Shown here: positions 33,163-43,497 of the stretch, one piece after another
How positions within the stretch are numbered: the first letter of the stretch is position 1
Layout of the letters: each line of letters begins with the position of its first letter
NCBI RefSeq assembly: GCF_003790525.1
Contig: NZ_CP033635.1
Source of the DNA: Escherichia coli
GTDB taxonomy: Bacteria > Pseudomonadota > Gammaproteobacteria > Enterobacterales > Enterobacteriaceae
Reading direction: 5' to 3' (one strand)
Length of the DNA stretch: 64,000 nucleotides
Notes under the pieces: model-generated
The model's input: the letters and a program-made list of their open reading frames with translations, nothing else
What the model was told of the DNA's origin: nothing
The model's database searches: none
Position numbers and translations under genes: made by a program

Positions 33163-33525
33163 TCAGCGACGACGGTTAACGGCAGGCGGCACGCCACGCC
33201 CAAGCCAGAGATGACAGCTTCCGCCATCATCCGGCGAAACCCGGTCTATCCAGAAGTTTTCCTCACCGATGGTCAGCGTGTCTCCACGCCGCAGTTGCCG
33301 CACATCATCAGTCCGGACAAACAGGGACGGGCTGGAGCCTTCAACGCGCACGCCCTGTCCGGCATAGCTGATATTTTCAGGGTCATCAAAAACACCACGT
33401 ATTACTGCGCCGGGCTGCTCACCGGATGTAATGGTGGCTGACGTTCCCATATGCCCGCGTATCGTTTCATCAGCCCGGGCAATGGCTGTATCAAAACCGT
33501 TATCCCTGATATTAATAACTTTCAT
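33163..33525 (-). CDS. head-tail joining protein FII
   Basis: ...DTAIARADETIRGHMGTSATITSGEQ... lambda FII-like; start probably at 33525. Confidence 0.85.
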   Translation of the reverse strand: MKVINIRDNGFDTAIARADETIRGHMGTSATITSGEQPGAVIRGVFDDPENISYAGQGVRVEGSSPSLFVRTDDVRQLRRGDTLTIGEENFWIDRVSPDDGGSCHLWLGRGVPPAVNRRR

Positions 33526-33874
33526 CTGTAACAAGCCCCTCCAGGACAAGTTCCGCAACATTCACTGGATCAACTCTGACAGTCATACCTGTAACAACAA
33601 TCTCCATATCACTGTCATCATGCGGATGTTTTCCCGCCACATGCAGGGTTTTGAGTACACGAACAGTGCTCATTTCATCCCCGCCAGTGGAGTAGCTATA
33701 CGTCATCAAATGCCTTTCGTTCTCATCACTCTCCTGGTTTTTGTCCTCTGCTTCCTCTTCCCATTCCGCCACCCGCTGCGCTATCTCTGCGGCACTCCCG
33801 GATATATCCGGCTCACGCCCCAGAATCCGGGCCAGTTCATCAAGCCGTTTCAGATTTTGCTCTTTCGTTGCCAT
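33512..33874 (-). CDS. DNA packaging protein FI-like (by position)
   Basis: Acidic ~120-aa protein between E and FII; weak sequence similarity to lambda FI; assignment by synteny. Confidence 0.55.
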   Translation of the reverse strand: MATKEQNLKRLDELARILGREPDISGSAAEIAQRVAEWEEEAEDKNQESDENERHLMTYSYSTGGDEMSTVRVLKTLHVAGKHPHDDSDMEIVVTGMTVRVDPVNVAELVLEGLVTDESY

Positions 33875-33925
33875 ATCAGGCCTCTGTGAAAAAAGACACG
33901 GGGGCATTTCGCCCCCGCTCACGGA

Positions 33926-34954
33926 TTATTTCACCTGTACCACCACAAACTCATCCGGGTCCGGCAACACCATCAGCGGCGCGGACTGCGTCATGGTAAA
34001 TTCACGGGCGGGATCCCCCACCGTCAGCCAGTGTTTCGGATAACGGGAAGAGGCCACCACGCCTTCAGACAACGCCTGTGCATCCTGAATGGCACCGTAA
34101 CAACGGATCCCATCTGCAGCAGTATTCCCCAGGACCAGCGTGCCGTCTGGCAGATAACGTTTTTCGGTACCGTCCTCTGCCACATAAGACGTTTTCGCCA
34201 CCACAATGGCCAGATCACCGTAATACCCTTTGAAAGACACCACCGCCCCCAGGTCTTTCACTGCCGTTTCGAGTTGCGAATTTGAACCGCGACGGGTATC
34301 CAGTTTTTCGCGGAACAGCTTAAAACCATTCAGCAGACGCCAGACGCTACCGTCCATGATGGCAATATTCACAAGGCCGCTGGCCTGGTCGCAGTAGAGG
34401 TCAATATCATGCGCAGGATCGAACGTGTCACGATCGTGCTCAGACCATTTTTTACCACTGGCCTGCGTAATGTTATTCGCCGGCGATCTGCCAAAATCGA
34501 CCTCAATTTTCTCGAACTGGTCTCCTTCCATGGTGTATTTGCCATACAGCACGGCATTTACCGCCTGCATTTCTTCCACCTGGACAATCGCGTACTCTTC
34601 CTGTTTGAGGTTATCGGTAATGATACGCAGACGGCGGTAAGCCGGATCGTTCAGTTGAGCCGGATCTTCACCAGGAAGGCGCTCAACCGCCTGCCGGGAA
34701 TTAAATTCGTGTTTCGGCTTGACGTAGCCCGGACGCAACACGCGGGTTTCACCACCACGATGACGCAGCACTTTTCCTTCAACAACCGGGGAGACATAGG
34801 CCGCCACCGGCGTTTTTCCGGTAATTTTGTCCAGCATCACCTCTTCGGTATGGAAATTCACCGTACGACGGAAAAACAGCTCCAGAAACAGCGCACGAAA
34901 TTTCACTTTTTGTTCGGTATAACCGAGTAACTGGCGGGTCGTAAACAATCCCAT
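33926..34954 (-). CDS. major capsid protein E
   Basis: 342-aa, lambda E-like (...EEMQAVNAVLYGKYTM...DPAREFTMTQSAPLMVLPDPDEFV). Confidence 0.9.
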   Translation of the reverse strand: MGLFTTRQLLGYTEQKVKFRALFLELFFRRTVNFHTEEVMLDKITGKTPVAAYVSPVVEGKVLRHRGGETRVLRPGYVKPKHEFNSRQAVERLPGEDPAQLNDPAYRRLRIITDNLKQEEYAIVQVEEMQAVNAVLYGKYTMEGDQFEKIEVDFGRSPANNITQASGKKWSEHDRDTFDPAHDIDLYCDQASGLVNIAIMDGSVWRLLNGFKLFREKLDTRRGSNSQLETAVKDLGAVVSFKGYYGDLAIVVAKTSYVAEDGTEKRYLPDGTLVLGNTAADGIRCYGAIQDAQALSEGVVASSRYPKHWLTVGDPAREFTMTQSAPLMVLPDPDEFVVVQVK

Positions 34955-35011
34955 AAATCAGTTCCTTTCATTCTGAAATCAGTCAGGCCACCGCGGTGGC
35001 CTGATAACGTG

Positions 35012-35359
35012 TTACGGCAGCGCCGCGTGACTCAGGACACTGCCGGCAAAGGCGTTGGCCTTTTTGTGTTCATCCACACTGTCAGGCCAGCGGATTGCCT
35101 CCGTCGCAAAAGTCCCCGACTTGTAATACGTCAGCACCGTCTCTGTGCCTTCAAGCGGCAGTACCAGTATGCCAACCGCACCTCCGGCTTTCTGTCCGTC
35201 CCAGACCACCAGTTTCCCGGTGGCTTCATCCAGCATCAGGGGCGTCAGTGCCGGTGTTGCCGAGGAAATCCCGCTGCTGCCTGTGGCGGTGTGAGCCGGA
35301 TCATTACCGGCAAAAATACGTACTTCCGCACGCTGTTCAGTGATGGTTTTCGTTACCAT
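35012..35359 (-). CDS. head decoration protein D
   Basis: 115-aa with NDPAHTATGSSG...FYKSGTF...AFAG, lambda D-like. Confidence 0.9.
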   Translation of the reverse strand: MVTKTITEQRAEVRIFAGNDPAHTATGSSGISSATPALTPLMLDEATGKLVVWDGQKAGGAVGILVLPLEGTETVLTYYKSGTFATEAIRWPDSVDEHKKANAFAGSVLSHAALP

Positions 35360-35395
35360 ATTGTCAAAACCTCATATTGATGGTCAGCACTGACT

Positions 35396-36901
35396 TCATG
35401 GCATGGCCATGAGCATTTTCACGTCCGCATCACCGTCTGCTGACGTCTGTGGCACGCCACCCTGTACCGCTGCCGGTGAATGGTTCGCCATGAAATGTTC
35501 AAACATGGCGGTTGTGGATGCAGAGACCGGTTCTGCCTTACCTGATCCCGCAGCCAGCACAGCCCGGGCGTTCTCCACGGTCATTCCCGGGCAGGCAGCC
35601 AGCTGTTCAGCCTGCGCCTCAGCCCCTTTTGCCTCATCCAGGGCCATGATCTGATCACGGAGTGATGGTCCGGCATCCGCCTGCGGTGAAGCTGCCAGGA
35701 TCGGGCGGGCTTTTTCCACCGTCATCTCCGGCATCGCCGCCAGCGTTGCCGCCAGTTGTTCACGACCTTTCGCCTCTTCACACGCCATAATGCGATCGGC
35801 TTCACTCTGCGCGGATGCCACCGGCTGCTGTGGTGCCGCCGCGGCCAGGATCTCCCGGGCCTGTTCAACGCTCATGCCCTGTTGTCCCGCCAGCATCGTG
35901 GCAAGCTGTTCACGTCCTTTCGCTTCCTTACTCGTCAGGATCCCCATCACTCGCTGGTTCTCCTGCGCGGCGGCTTCCGTTGCAGTTAATTGCGGCATAG
36001 TGCCTCCTGTATCATGTGTGTACAGCGCCGTGGTCATCACACTGATGGCATCCGACGCATTGACTAATTCATCCGCCAGCCCGGCCTCAATGCCGGACTG
36101 ACCTTCAAAAACGGCGGCCTCTGTTCCCGTGACCACATCCACAGACAGCCCGGTATACATCGCCACTTTTTCGGCAAACATCCGGTGTGCCGCATCAATG
36201 CGCTGCTGCATGTCCTGACGCACCTCTTCCGGTAAGGCTTCAAACTGATTGCCATCCACCTTGTGCGCCCCGGCATAAATCAGCGTGATATCCACACCGG
36301 CCTGCGCCAGATGACCGGCATAGCTGAGATGGCTCATCATCACGCCAATGGAGCCGATACGGGATGTCTGGGTAACCAGCCGTCGGGAGCAGGCCGACGC
36401 CAGCAGCATGGCTGCAGAACAGGCCGTGTCATTGCACAGTGCCCAGACCGGCTTCTGCTGACGGAGGCGGTAAATCATGTCAGCACAGTCAAACGCGCCT
36501 GCGGCCTGCCCGCCCGGACTGTCAATGTCCAGCAGTACGCCCCGGACAGCGGTGTCCGCCATTGCCTGCTGAAGACAGGCGACAATGCCGTCATAGCCTG
36601 TCATTCCGGAAAATGGCCGCATACCACCCAGCCGGTGCACCAGCATGCCGGTCACCGGCAGTACAGCAATACCGTTCACCACCCGGTAAACACGGGCCGG
36701 TCGTTTACCTCCGGCCATGTACTCGTCCGTTTCAGCCAGCATTCCGGGAGCATCAAGCTGTACCTGCTGTTGTGGTACCGAAAGACTTGCTGCCCCCATC
36801 TCGCGCCCGAGCGCGCAAAAGAAAACCCGCGCATAGGCGGGCTCCAGAAGCAGCGGTTCATTGAATGCTGCGGCAATAATGTGTGAAAGATTACGTCTCA
36901 C
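35396..36901 (-). CDS. head maturation protease C (S49 family) with nested scaffold (Nu3-like) region containing three 33-aa repeats
   Basis: 501-aa; ClpP/S49-like N-terminal part; repeats EAKGREQLA...VE.AR.ILAA x3. Confidence 0.85.
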   Translation of the reverse strand: MRRNLSHIIAAAFNEPLLLEPAYARVFFCALGREMGAASLSVPQQQVQLDAPGMLAETDEYMAGGKRPARVYRVVNGIAVLPVTGMLVHRLGGMRPFSGMTGYDGIVACLQQAMADTAVRGVLLDIDSPGGQAAGAFDCADMIYRLRQQKPVWALCNDTACSAAMLLASACSRRLVTQTSRIGSIGVMMSHLSYAGHLAQAGVDITLIYAGAHKVDGNQFEALPEEVRQDMQQRIDAAHRMFAEKVAMYTGLSVDVVTGTEAAVFEGQSGIEAGLADELVNASDAISVMTTALYTHDTGGTMPQLTATEAAAQENQRVMGILTSKEAKGREQLATMLAGQQGMSVEQAREILAAAAPQQPVASAQSEADRIMACEEAKGREQLAATLAAMPEMTVEKARPILAASPQADAGPSLRDQIMALDEAKGAEAQAEQLAACPGMTVENARAVLAAGSGKAEPVSASTTAMFEHFMANHSPAAVQGGVPQTSADGDADVKMLMAMP

Positions 36902-38483
36902 GTGGTGTTGTCTCCTCTTCCGGCCTGCGACTCGCCGCTATCTGCTGCTGATACGCCTGCGCTATCCACACCGGACGTGAGAGTCCGGCTTTTTCCCGCT
37001 CTGCAGATTCCCTGACCTGCTGGCGGAAAATGTCCTGATAATCCTCACCCATCAGCGCCAGCTCTTTCTCATACGTGCTCAGTCCGGCCTCAATGCGCAT
37101 CACCGATTCCTGGACCTCCTTGAGCCCGTCAATGGCCATTCTTCCGGCTCCAATCCACTCTGCCCGTGACCAGGATGAACGCGCCTGATAAAAATCAAAA
37201 CGCGCCCGTGGCGGACGAATAATCCCCCGCAGAAGAGCCTCTTCCAGCCAGCAGGAAAACATCTGCGTGGCCAGCCGGGCCGCAATAAATTTTCGCCGCC
37301 CCATAAAATAGCGCCACGACTCATTGGCGGAGGCGCGGGCACTTGAATAACTGACCTTCGAGTAATCACGGGACAACTGTTCGTAGGAAACGCCAAGACC
37401 GGCGGCGATATACCGCAGCAGCGCCTGTTCAAGCGCAGAAAATCCATTGTCTGAATCCTGCGCAGTCTGTAGTTTCAGATCATCACCGGGGAAAAGGTGC
37501 GGAATTTTGACACCGCCCAGTGTCACGTTATTCGTGTCATACCAGCTGGAGAACTTCTCCAGAATATTAATAAGCGGATTATCCTTCTGCCCCTGCGGCG
37601 CACCGGCGATATATTCAAAGGCCTTTTCGGTATCAAGTTCACTTTCAATCGTCGCTGCATACATCGCCTTCACTATGGCTGACTGAAGCTGTGTTGCCTG
37701 CAGGGAATCGAGCATTTTCAGCCGTTCCATGACGCTGTAAAACTGATTAGCCCCACGGGTCTGCCCGTCCTCAACCGGCTCGAAAATATGCAGCATGGCC
37801 GGACGCCCGGTGGGAAGTTCACGCGGGATCCGTTCCCATCGTCCACTACCAGAGAGCGGAAAATCATCCTCACAGATATGGTACGCAACGGCCCGTCCAT
37901 GCCGATCGACCTCCACCCCGGCCCGCAGAAAGCGGTTCCCCAAACCGTATCCTGGCGTGTCCACCCGTTTCGGACTCACGGCTTTAAAACGCGTACGAAA
38001 CAGCTGCGTAGTCTCCGCATCCCAGACCGGCTGCACAAAGATTTCGCCGTTAAACGCATGAACGCCCACGCCTTCCCGGATAAATTCCGTGAACGTGCGT
38101 TTTCCTTCCACGTCGATCTCGCCAGACATCCCTTCGGCGTATTCCGACCAGGCCGCCTCCACCTCATCGACAAAGCTTTTTGCTGCGGTCTCCCGCATCC
38201 CCAGCCAGCGCCAGTTCGGACGGTAGCTGATCAGAAACATATGCCCGACTATGTGATCCTTATGCAGGGCCACCGCATTAGCCGCTATTCCGTTATTGCG
38301 CACCAGATCATCTGCCCGGGCATTCCCCAGACGCAACGCGGGGAGCAGGGCCGCATCGACACTCTGCGCCGGTGGCAACCACTCCGCCATTTGCCCGCCA
38401 AATCCTGCGCCGCCCCCGTTGTAGCTGAGACTCTCACGAAGCGGAACGCCGTTCACATCAATCAGGACAGGCGTTCTTTTCAT
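36891..38483 (-). CDS. portal protein B
   Basis: 530-aa, lambda B-like. Confidence 0.9.
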   Translation of the reverse strand: MKRTPVLIDVNGVPLRESLSYNGGGAGFGGQMAEWLPPAQSVDAALLPALRLGNARADDLVRNNGIAANAVALHKDHIVGHMFLISYRPNWRWLGMRETAAKSFVDEVEAAWSEYAEGMSGEIDVEGKRTFTEFIREGVGVHAFNGEIFVQPVWDAETTQLFRTRFKAVSPKRVDTPGYGLGNRFLRAGVEVDRHGRAVAYHICEDDFPLSGSGRWERIPRELPTGRPAMLHIFEPVEDGQTRGANQFYSVMERLKMLDSLQATQLQSAIVKAMYAATIESELDTEKAFEYIAGAPQGQKDNPLINILEKFSSWYDTNNVTLGGVKIPHLFPGDDLKLQTAQDSDNGFSALEQALLRYIAAGLGVSYEQLSRDYSKVSYSSARASANESWRYFMGRRKFIAARLATQMFSCWLEEALLRGIIRPPRARFDFYQARSSWSRAEWIGAGRMAIDGLKEVQESVMRIEAGLSTYEKELALMGEDYQDIFRQQVRESAEREKAGLSRPVWIAQAYQQQIAASRRPEEETTPRET

Positions 38484-38686
38484 AACCTCACTCCCAGCGG
38501 ACGACGGCGACGTCGGGTTGTCCCCAGTACCGACTCCGCATCATTGATCGCCCGGTTAAGCTCATCCAGAGAAGCCGCCGTATATTCAATTCTGCGACCA
38601 TCTTTCTGGACAGACACCACCCGTTTACCGGTTAATAAATCAAGGCGCGCCTGACGCAGCGCCTGCAGTTCAGCGACTGTAACCAT
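38480..38686 (-). CDS. head-tail connector protein W
   Basis: 68-aa ...LTGKRVVSVQKDGRRIEYTA..., lambda W-like. Confidence 0.85.
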   Translation of the reverse strand: MVTVAELQALRQARLDLLTGKRVVSVQKDGRRIEYTAASLDELNRAINDAESVLGTTRRRRRPLGVRL

Positions 38687-40598
38687 TCACTCCTCCGGAC
38701 AGCTTCGCTGCCAGTTCTTTAAGGGTTGGCCGGGTCGTCTCTTCTTCCCGGGATTTTGCCAGTACAGCCAGATCAAGCTGCCAGCGTTGCACGGACACAC
38801 GTAATGCCGCGTAGGCATACACCAGGCAGTCCAGCGCTTCGTTACGCCGCTTTTTGTTATCCCACAGCAGACGCATCTTTCCTTTTTCCCACTTCTCCAC
38901 AAGCTCTTCCGCGACCAGTTGCTGCGCCTCTGTCTGCGAAAAAATCTCCGGATCATCAGGAAAACGAATGGCATACGACGTGGATTCATCCGCAGGCGTG
39001 GGAGCGGCTTTCATACGGGCATAGAGAATTTCTTTTGCGGTGTCCGTGCCCACTTCACACAGATACACGCCCCGCTGATTGCGGGTTTTTGGCATGGTGA
39101 TCACCGGCTTGCCATAGACAGATGCGCCTTTTACCGGCAACACCCGGAAAACACCGTGTTTTTTTGACCTCTGATAAACGATTTCTCCATCGATCCCCCC
39201 GATGTCCCAGCAGACACGGGAAATGGTCATTTCGGTTCCGTCTGCATGGCGGTATTTTTTGTTGATCGCCGCATCCACACGTAACAGCGTCTCTTCCTCA
39301 TCGGGACGTCCCATAATGATGATTTTATCCACCAGAAAGGCTTCCTCTCCCGGAGCCCATCCCCAGACATACATCTCAAAACGGTTTCGCTGCGAGTCAA
39401 TGCCCGCCGTCAGATAAACCACCCGGGCAGGCACCGCCGCCGTGTAACGCACAACCTTATCCATCAGTACCTGGTGATCGAGTTTTTCGCCCACGGCCTC
39501 TTCCCAGGTCTCGCCCAGCGTGGTGTTCACAAAGGTTTTCAGGCCGTTGGGATCTTTCAGTGCATCCAGCCAGTCATAGACAATCTGTACCCAGGTGGTG
39601 AACGGACTGTACGCCGTCCAGATATGGAAAGTGATGGAGCGCGGCGGCGGAATTTCATTATCCGCGGCGCTGAAAAACATCAGGCCGTCACGGGTCCACA
39701 TGCCCGTGTTTTCACAGATCCACCGCCCGTTACTCTGGTCAAGCTCAGACTGATGGATCACACAGCCATGATGCTCACAAAGGTAGAAAACGCTTTCGGG
39801 GCTGTCCTTCTCCCATTTAAGGCCAAAAGGCGTGGATTCATCGCCAAATTTCAGATACTGCTCCTCCCCACAGTGCGGGCAGGGCACATAAAAACGCATG
39901 AAATGTGCCGACTCGTTAGCGGCTTTTTCGATCTGGCAGGAGCCTTTGATTTTAGGCGTCGAGCCGCGAATGGATTTTGGCCATACAGAGCCCTCAATAC
40001 GCTTATCCCCCAGCAGGGTTGGCGAGCCCTCTTTTTCAACATCCGGTTCGAACGAGGAAAGCTCGTCATAGCAGACCACGTCCACGGATTTTTCACGGTA
40101 GTTTTTTGCTGCCGCACCACCCAGGCACCAGAAGCCCACACCCGATGAAAAGCGTTTCAGCGTGAGAGTATTGTCACGATGTTTACGCCCCAGCCATGGA
40201 GAAAGGTCTTTCAGGCATGGCACATCCCGAATCGTCGCCTCCACGTGAGACTTCATAAAATCTTCAGCGGCAGAATCCGTGGGCTGAAAAAGCAGACTGT
40301 TTCGGGATTTATGCTCAATAAAATACCCGACCACCCCCAGCAACATCTTTGTATAACCAATACGGGCAGATTTAATCAGGTTAACAGTGCGAATCAGATC
40401 GTTGCCCATACAGTTCATGATGGCGATCTGGAACGGCAGCGTTTTCCATTCTCCCTCACCATATGAAGATTCTTTAGGCAGATAATAATTTTGATCAGCC
40501 CATTCAACTGGCGTCACCGGCAATGCCCTTATCAGGGGCTGTAATGCTGTTGTGACAGCACTCATCATATTATTCAGTTGTTGCTCTGATATATTCAT
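38670..40598 (-). CDS. terminase large subunit A
   Basis: MNISEQQLNNMM...; Walker and nuclease motifs, lambda A-like; start taken at 40598. Confidence 0.9.
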   Translation of the reverse strand: MNISEQQLNNMMSAVTTALQPLIRALPVTPVEWADQNYYLPKESSYGEGEWKTLPFQIAIMNCMGNDLIRTVNLIKSARIGYTKMLLGVVGYFIEHKSRNSLLFQPTDSAAEDFMKSHVEATIRDVPCLKDLSPWLGRKHRDNTLTLKRFSSGVGFWCLGGAAAKNYREKSVDVVCYDELSSFEPDVEKEGSPTLLGDKRIEGSVWPKSIRGSTPKIKGSCQIEKAANESAHFMRFYVPCPHCGEEQYLKFGDESTPFGLKWEKDSPESVFYLCEHHGCVIHQSELDQSNGRWICENTGMWTRDGLMFFSAADNEIPPPRSITFHIWTAYSPFTTWVQIVYDWLDALKDPNGLKTFVNTTLGETWEEAVGEKLDHQVLMDKVVRYTAAVPARVVYLTAGIDSQRNRFEMYVWGWAPGEEAFLVDKIIIMGRPDEEETLLRVDAAINKKYRHADGTEMTISRVCWDIGGIDGEIVYQRSKKHGVFRVLPVKGASVYGKPVITMPKTRNQRGVYLCEVGTDTAKEILYARMKAAPTPADESTSYAIRFPDDPEIFSQTEAQQLVAEELVEKWEKGKMRLLWDNKKRRNEALDCLVYAYAALRVSVQRWQLDLAVLAKSREEETTRPTLKELAAKLSGGVNGYSR

Positions 40599-41079
40599 CG
40601 AGTAAATCCGGTAATTTATCCCCTGCCCGCGCACACTGATTTGCCCCCTTCGCAATAAGGGTTTTCAGATGGTCAAGATGGCGCGGTGTTAAATCAGGAA
40701 ACTGTCGTTGCATGGATAAAGGGATGGAATCAAGCGTACTGGATAACGCCATTGCCAGCTTGCTGAGGGCAAAAATACAGAACCCGGTGTCAATAAGTTT
40801 TCCTTTTGACACCTCATTTTTTAACTGCTGTGTAACAGCCTGTTCTGCTGTCAGTTCCCATCTGGCAATAAGCAATTTCTCCTCATAGTCGTCTTCGCTA
40901 TCGCCATCAGGCACATCGTTTTTACTTCTTCTCAGATACGATATGTAAAAATCACGCCAGGCATCCAGATCCAGTTGCCCTCGCTTATTCGATATCGGGG
41001 CACCCGGCAATTTCTGCAGTCTGCGAAGCTGGCGATCGGTCAGACTCAAATGCCTGGCAACTTCAGTCTGCGTAGCCAC
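40570..41079 (-). CDS. terminase small subunit Nu1
   Basis: 169-aa; C-terminal half resembles lambda Nu1 (...LSMQRQFPDLTPRHLDHLK...LLDEYI...). Confidence 0.8.
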   Translation of the reverse strand: MATQTEVARHLSLTDRQLRRLQKLPGAPISNKRGQLDLDAWRDFYISYLRRSKNDVPDGDSEDDYEEKLLIARWELTAEQAVTQQLKNEVSKGKLIDTGFCIFALSKLAMALSSTLDSIPLSMQRQFPDLTPRHLDHLKTLIAKGANQCARAGDKLPDLLDEYIRATTE

Positions 41080-41291
41080 TGTTCACCTCGCAAAAAATCT
41101 CCCCTCATGCGTTTTAAACATGCATCTTGCGAGCAACTTTATGCAAACGCACGCATATGTCCGGTTTGTTTGTACATTTTTTGCACATGTCCGGTTCGCA
41201 GAAAGCATGTTTTTATATTTTTCATATAGTTAACTTGCAGAGAAACCGGACATGGATCCCGGAAAATTTTCATAAATAGCGAAAACGCGCG

Positions 41292-41303
41292 AGGTCGACG
41301 CCC
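41292..41303. other. cos site (cosN cohesive-end sequence)
   Basis: ccggaaaattttcataaatagcgaaaacgcgcgaggtcgacgcccc is the reverse complement of the lambda left-end sequence with few mismatches; the 12-nt cohesive end maps to 41292-41303. Confidence 0.7.
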
Positions 41304-41502
41304 CGTAACGGGTCCACATGCCGGAAAGGACCCGCAAAATGATAATAATTATCATCTACATGTCACAACGTGCATCTACGCCATCAAACCACGTCAAATA
41401 ATAAATTATGACGCAGGTATCGTATTAATTGATCTGCATCAACTTAACGTAAAAACAACTTCAGACAATACAAATCAGCGACACTGAATACGGGGCAACC
41501 TC

Positions 41503-41697
41503 ATGTCAACGAAGAACAGAACCCGCAGAACAACAACCCGCAACATCCGCTTTCCTAACCAAATGATTGAACAAATTAACATCGCTCTTGAGCAAAAAGG
41601 GTCCGGGAATTTCTCAGCCTGGGTCATTGAAGCCTGCCGTCGGAGACTAACGTCAGAAAAGAGAGCATATACATCAATCCAAAGAGATGATGAATAA
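41503..41697 (+). CDS. YlcI-like small protein (DUF3950-type) next to cos
   Basis: 64-aa MSTKNRTRRTTTRNIRFPNQMIEQINIALEQKG...; same position as ylcI next to the Nu1 homologue in DLP12. Confidence 0.5.
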   Translation: MSTKNRTRRTTTRNIRFPNQMIEQINIALEQKGSGNFSAWVIEACRRRLTSEKRAYTSIQRDDE

Positions 41698-42057
41698 ACA
41701 TCCCGGTTTCTTCCACCATCGCACCGGAAAAGCGACTATGAGGGTAACCCTGCGTCTGTCAGCACAGTAAAACCCGGTGTGCATCGTTTTTGATTATTCC
41801 CGCACACTCGCGCAGAGGAGTTCCCCGTCGGGCTACGGTCATGGTTAATGCGGGAATACGGCGACGATGCAGCGCAGCTAAAAGGGTAATGGACGGATAG
41901 ACCGGTTTATTTCATTCTACAGGATTCTGAGTGTCCCCAACTCCCTCCAATCGTCTGAGCGCCACCTGTGTAGTTTTAATTTTCATCAATCCATTTAACT
42001 ATCGTTTAATTGTTGTCACATAGGATTCTGCCGTTTTTAACAATGCAGGATAATAAG

Positions 42058-42351
42058 ATGAAAAAAATGTTGTTTTCTGCCGCTCTGGCAATGCTTATTA
42101 CAGGATGTGCTCAACAGACGTTTACTGTTGGAAACAAACCTACAGCCGTAACACCAAAGGAAACCATCACCCATCATTTCTTCGTTTCGGGAATTGGGCA
42201 GAAGAAAACTGTCGATGCAGCAAAAATTTGTGGTGGTGCAGAAAATGTGGTTAAAACAGAAACCCAGCAAACATTCGTAAATGGATTGCTCGGTTTCATC
42301 ACTTTTGGCATTTATACTCCGCTGGAAGCGCGGGTGTATTGCTCAAAATAA
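42058..42351 (+). CDS. bor: Bor lipoprotein (serum resistance)
   Basis: MKKMLFSAALAMLITGCAQQT... lipobox; lambda Bor-like; preceded by AGGA. Confidence 0.85.
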   Translation: MKKMLFSAALAMLITGCAQQTFTVGNKPTAVTPKETITHHFFVSGIGQKKTVDAAKICGGAENVVKTETQQTFVNGLLGFITFGIYTPLEARVYCSK

Positions 42352-42382
42352 TTGCATGAGTTGCCCATTGATATGGGCAGCT

Positions 42383-42859
42383 CTATCTGCACTGCTCATT
42401 AATATACTTCTGGGTTCCTTCCAGTTGCTTCTGCATCGTCATCAACCGTTCTCTGAGGGTGAAATAATCCCGTTCAGCGGTGTCTGCCAGTCGGGGGCTG
42501 GTTGCATTATCCACGCCGGAGGCGGTGGTGGCTTCACGCACTGACTGACAGACTGCTTTGATGTGCAACCGACGACGACCTGCGGCAACATCATCACGCA
42601 GAACATCATTTTCAGCTTTCGCATCAGCTAACTCCTTCGTGTATTTTGCATCGAGCGCAGCAACATCACGCTGACGCTGCTGCATGTCAGCGATGGTGGC
42701 GATCGCCTGCTTCAGCTCACTGACTTTTTTATCGCGCTGCTCTTTGTAAGTGATGGCGTTATCGCGGTAATGATTGACCGCCCACGACAGGCAGACGATG
42801 ATGCAGATAACCAGAGCATAAATAATCGCGGCGACTCTGCTCACTGATCTATTCCCCAA
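42383..42859 (-). CDS. i-spanin Rz
   Basis: 158-aa, N-terminal TM plus coiled coil, lambda Rz-like. Confidence 0.85.
   Translation of the reverse strand: MGNRSVSRVAAIIYALVICIIVCLSWAVNHYRDNAITYKEQRDKKVSELKQAIATIADMQQRQRDVAALDAKYTKELADAKAENDVLRDDVAAGRRRLHIKAVCQSVREATTASGVDNATSPRLADTAERDYFTLRERLMTMQKQLEGTQKYINEQCR
42442..42624 (-). CDS. o-spanin Rz1, embedded in Rz in the +1 frame
   Basis: 60-aa lipoprotein [23 protein letters not shown] with proline-rich PPPPPAW. Confidence 0.75.
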   Translation of the reverse strand: MRKLKMMFCVMMLPQVVVGCTSKQSVSQCVKPPPPPAWIMQPAPDWQTPLNGIISPSENG

Positions 42860-43374
42860 CAGGCTAATGCGCTTTCCTGGTCACGACGAATAACCTGTCC
42901 GTAGCAGTTATTTGAACGTGTGCGGCAATCACGCCCACCGTCCTTAATCCACCAGCGAATCGACTCACAGGCACCTTTACGATCACCGGCATTAAGCCGC
43001 TTATAAAACGTCGACGGGAAACACTTACCGGGGCCAATGTTATAGGGACAGAATGACGCTATACCCGCTTTCTGTGGTTCGGTCAGTGGTACTTTAATAT
43101 TGCGCTCCACCCATGCCAGCGCCTTATCACGCTCAATGGCATTAACCTGAGCGCATTTTTCCTTCGACAGCTTCATTCCCGGTATGACGGGCTTACCATC
43201 CACCATTGTGGCACCACGACAGATGGTCCATATACCGGAACCATCGCGGTATGCCGTTGTGTGGTTACCTTCTTTTTCATCCAGAAACTGGTCGAGAATA
43301 TCAGGCGCAGGCGCACCGACGGCAATCAGTGCCAGAACGGCAGCCGACAGGCCGTATCTGATTTTTGCGTTCAT
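42841..43374 (-). CDS. SAR endolysin (phage lysozyme)
   Basis: 177-aa; N-terminal hydrophobic SAR-like segment; E...D...T catalytic spacing ([22 protein letters not shown]). Confidence 0.85.
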   Translation of the reverse strand: MNAKIRYGLSAAVLALIAVGAPAPDILDQFLDEKEGNHTTAYRDGSGIWTICRGATMVDGKPVIPGMKLSKEKCAQVNAIERDKALAWVERNIKVPLTEPQKAGIASFCPYNIGPGKCFPSTFYKRLNAGDRKGACESIRWWIKDGGRDCRTRSNNCYGQVIRRDQESALACWGIDQ

Positions 43375-43497
43375 GTATATTTATCAGGATCTAAAGGTTT
43401 ATAACCCTGGATATATCAGGTATATAATCCAGTACCAGCATGTCTCATAAACATACCCGTTCAGGAAAACCAAACGACAACAGATGAGGCTTCAGAA

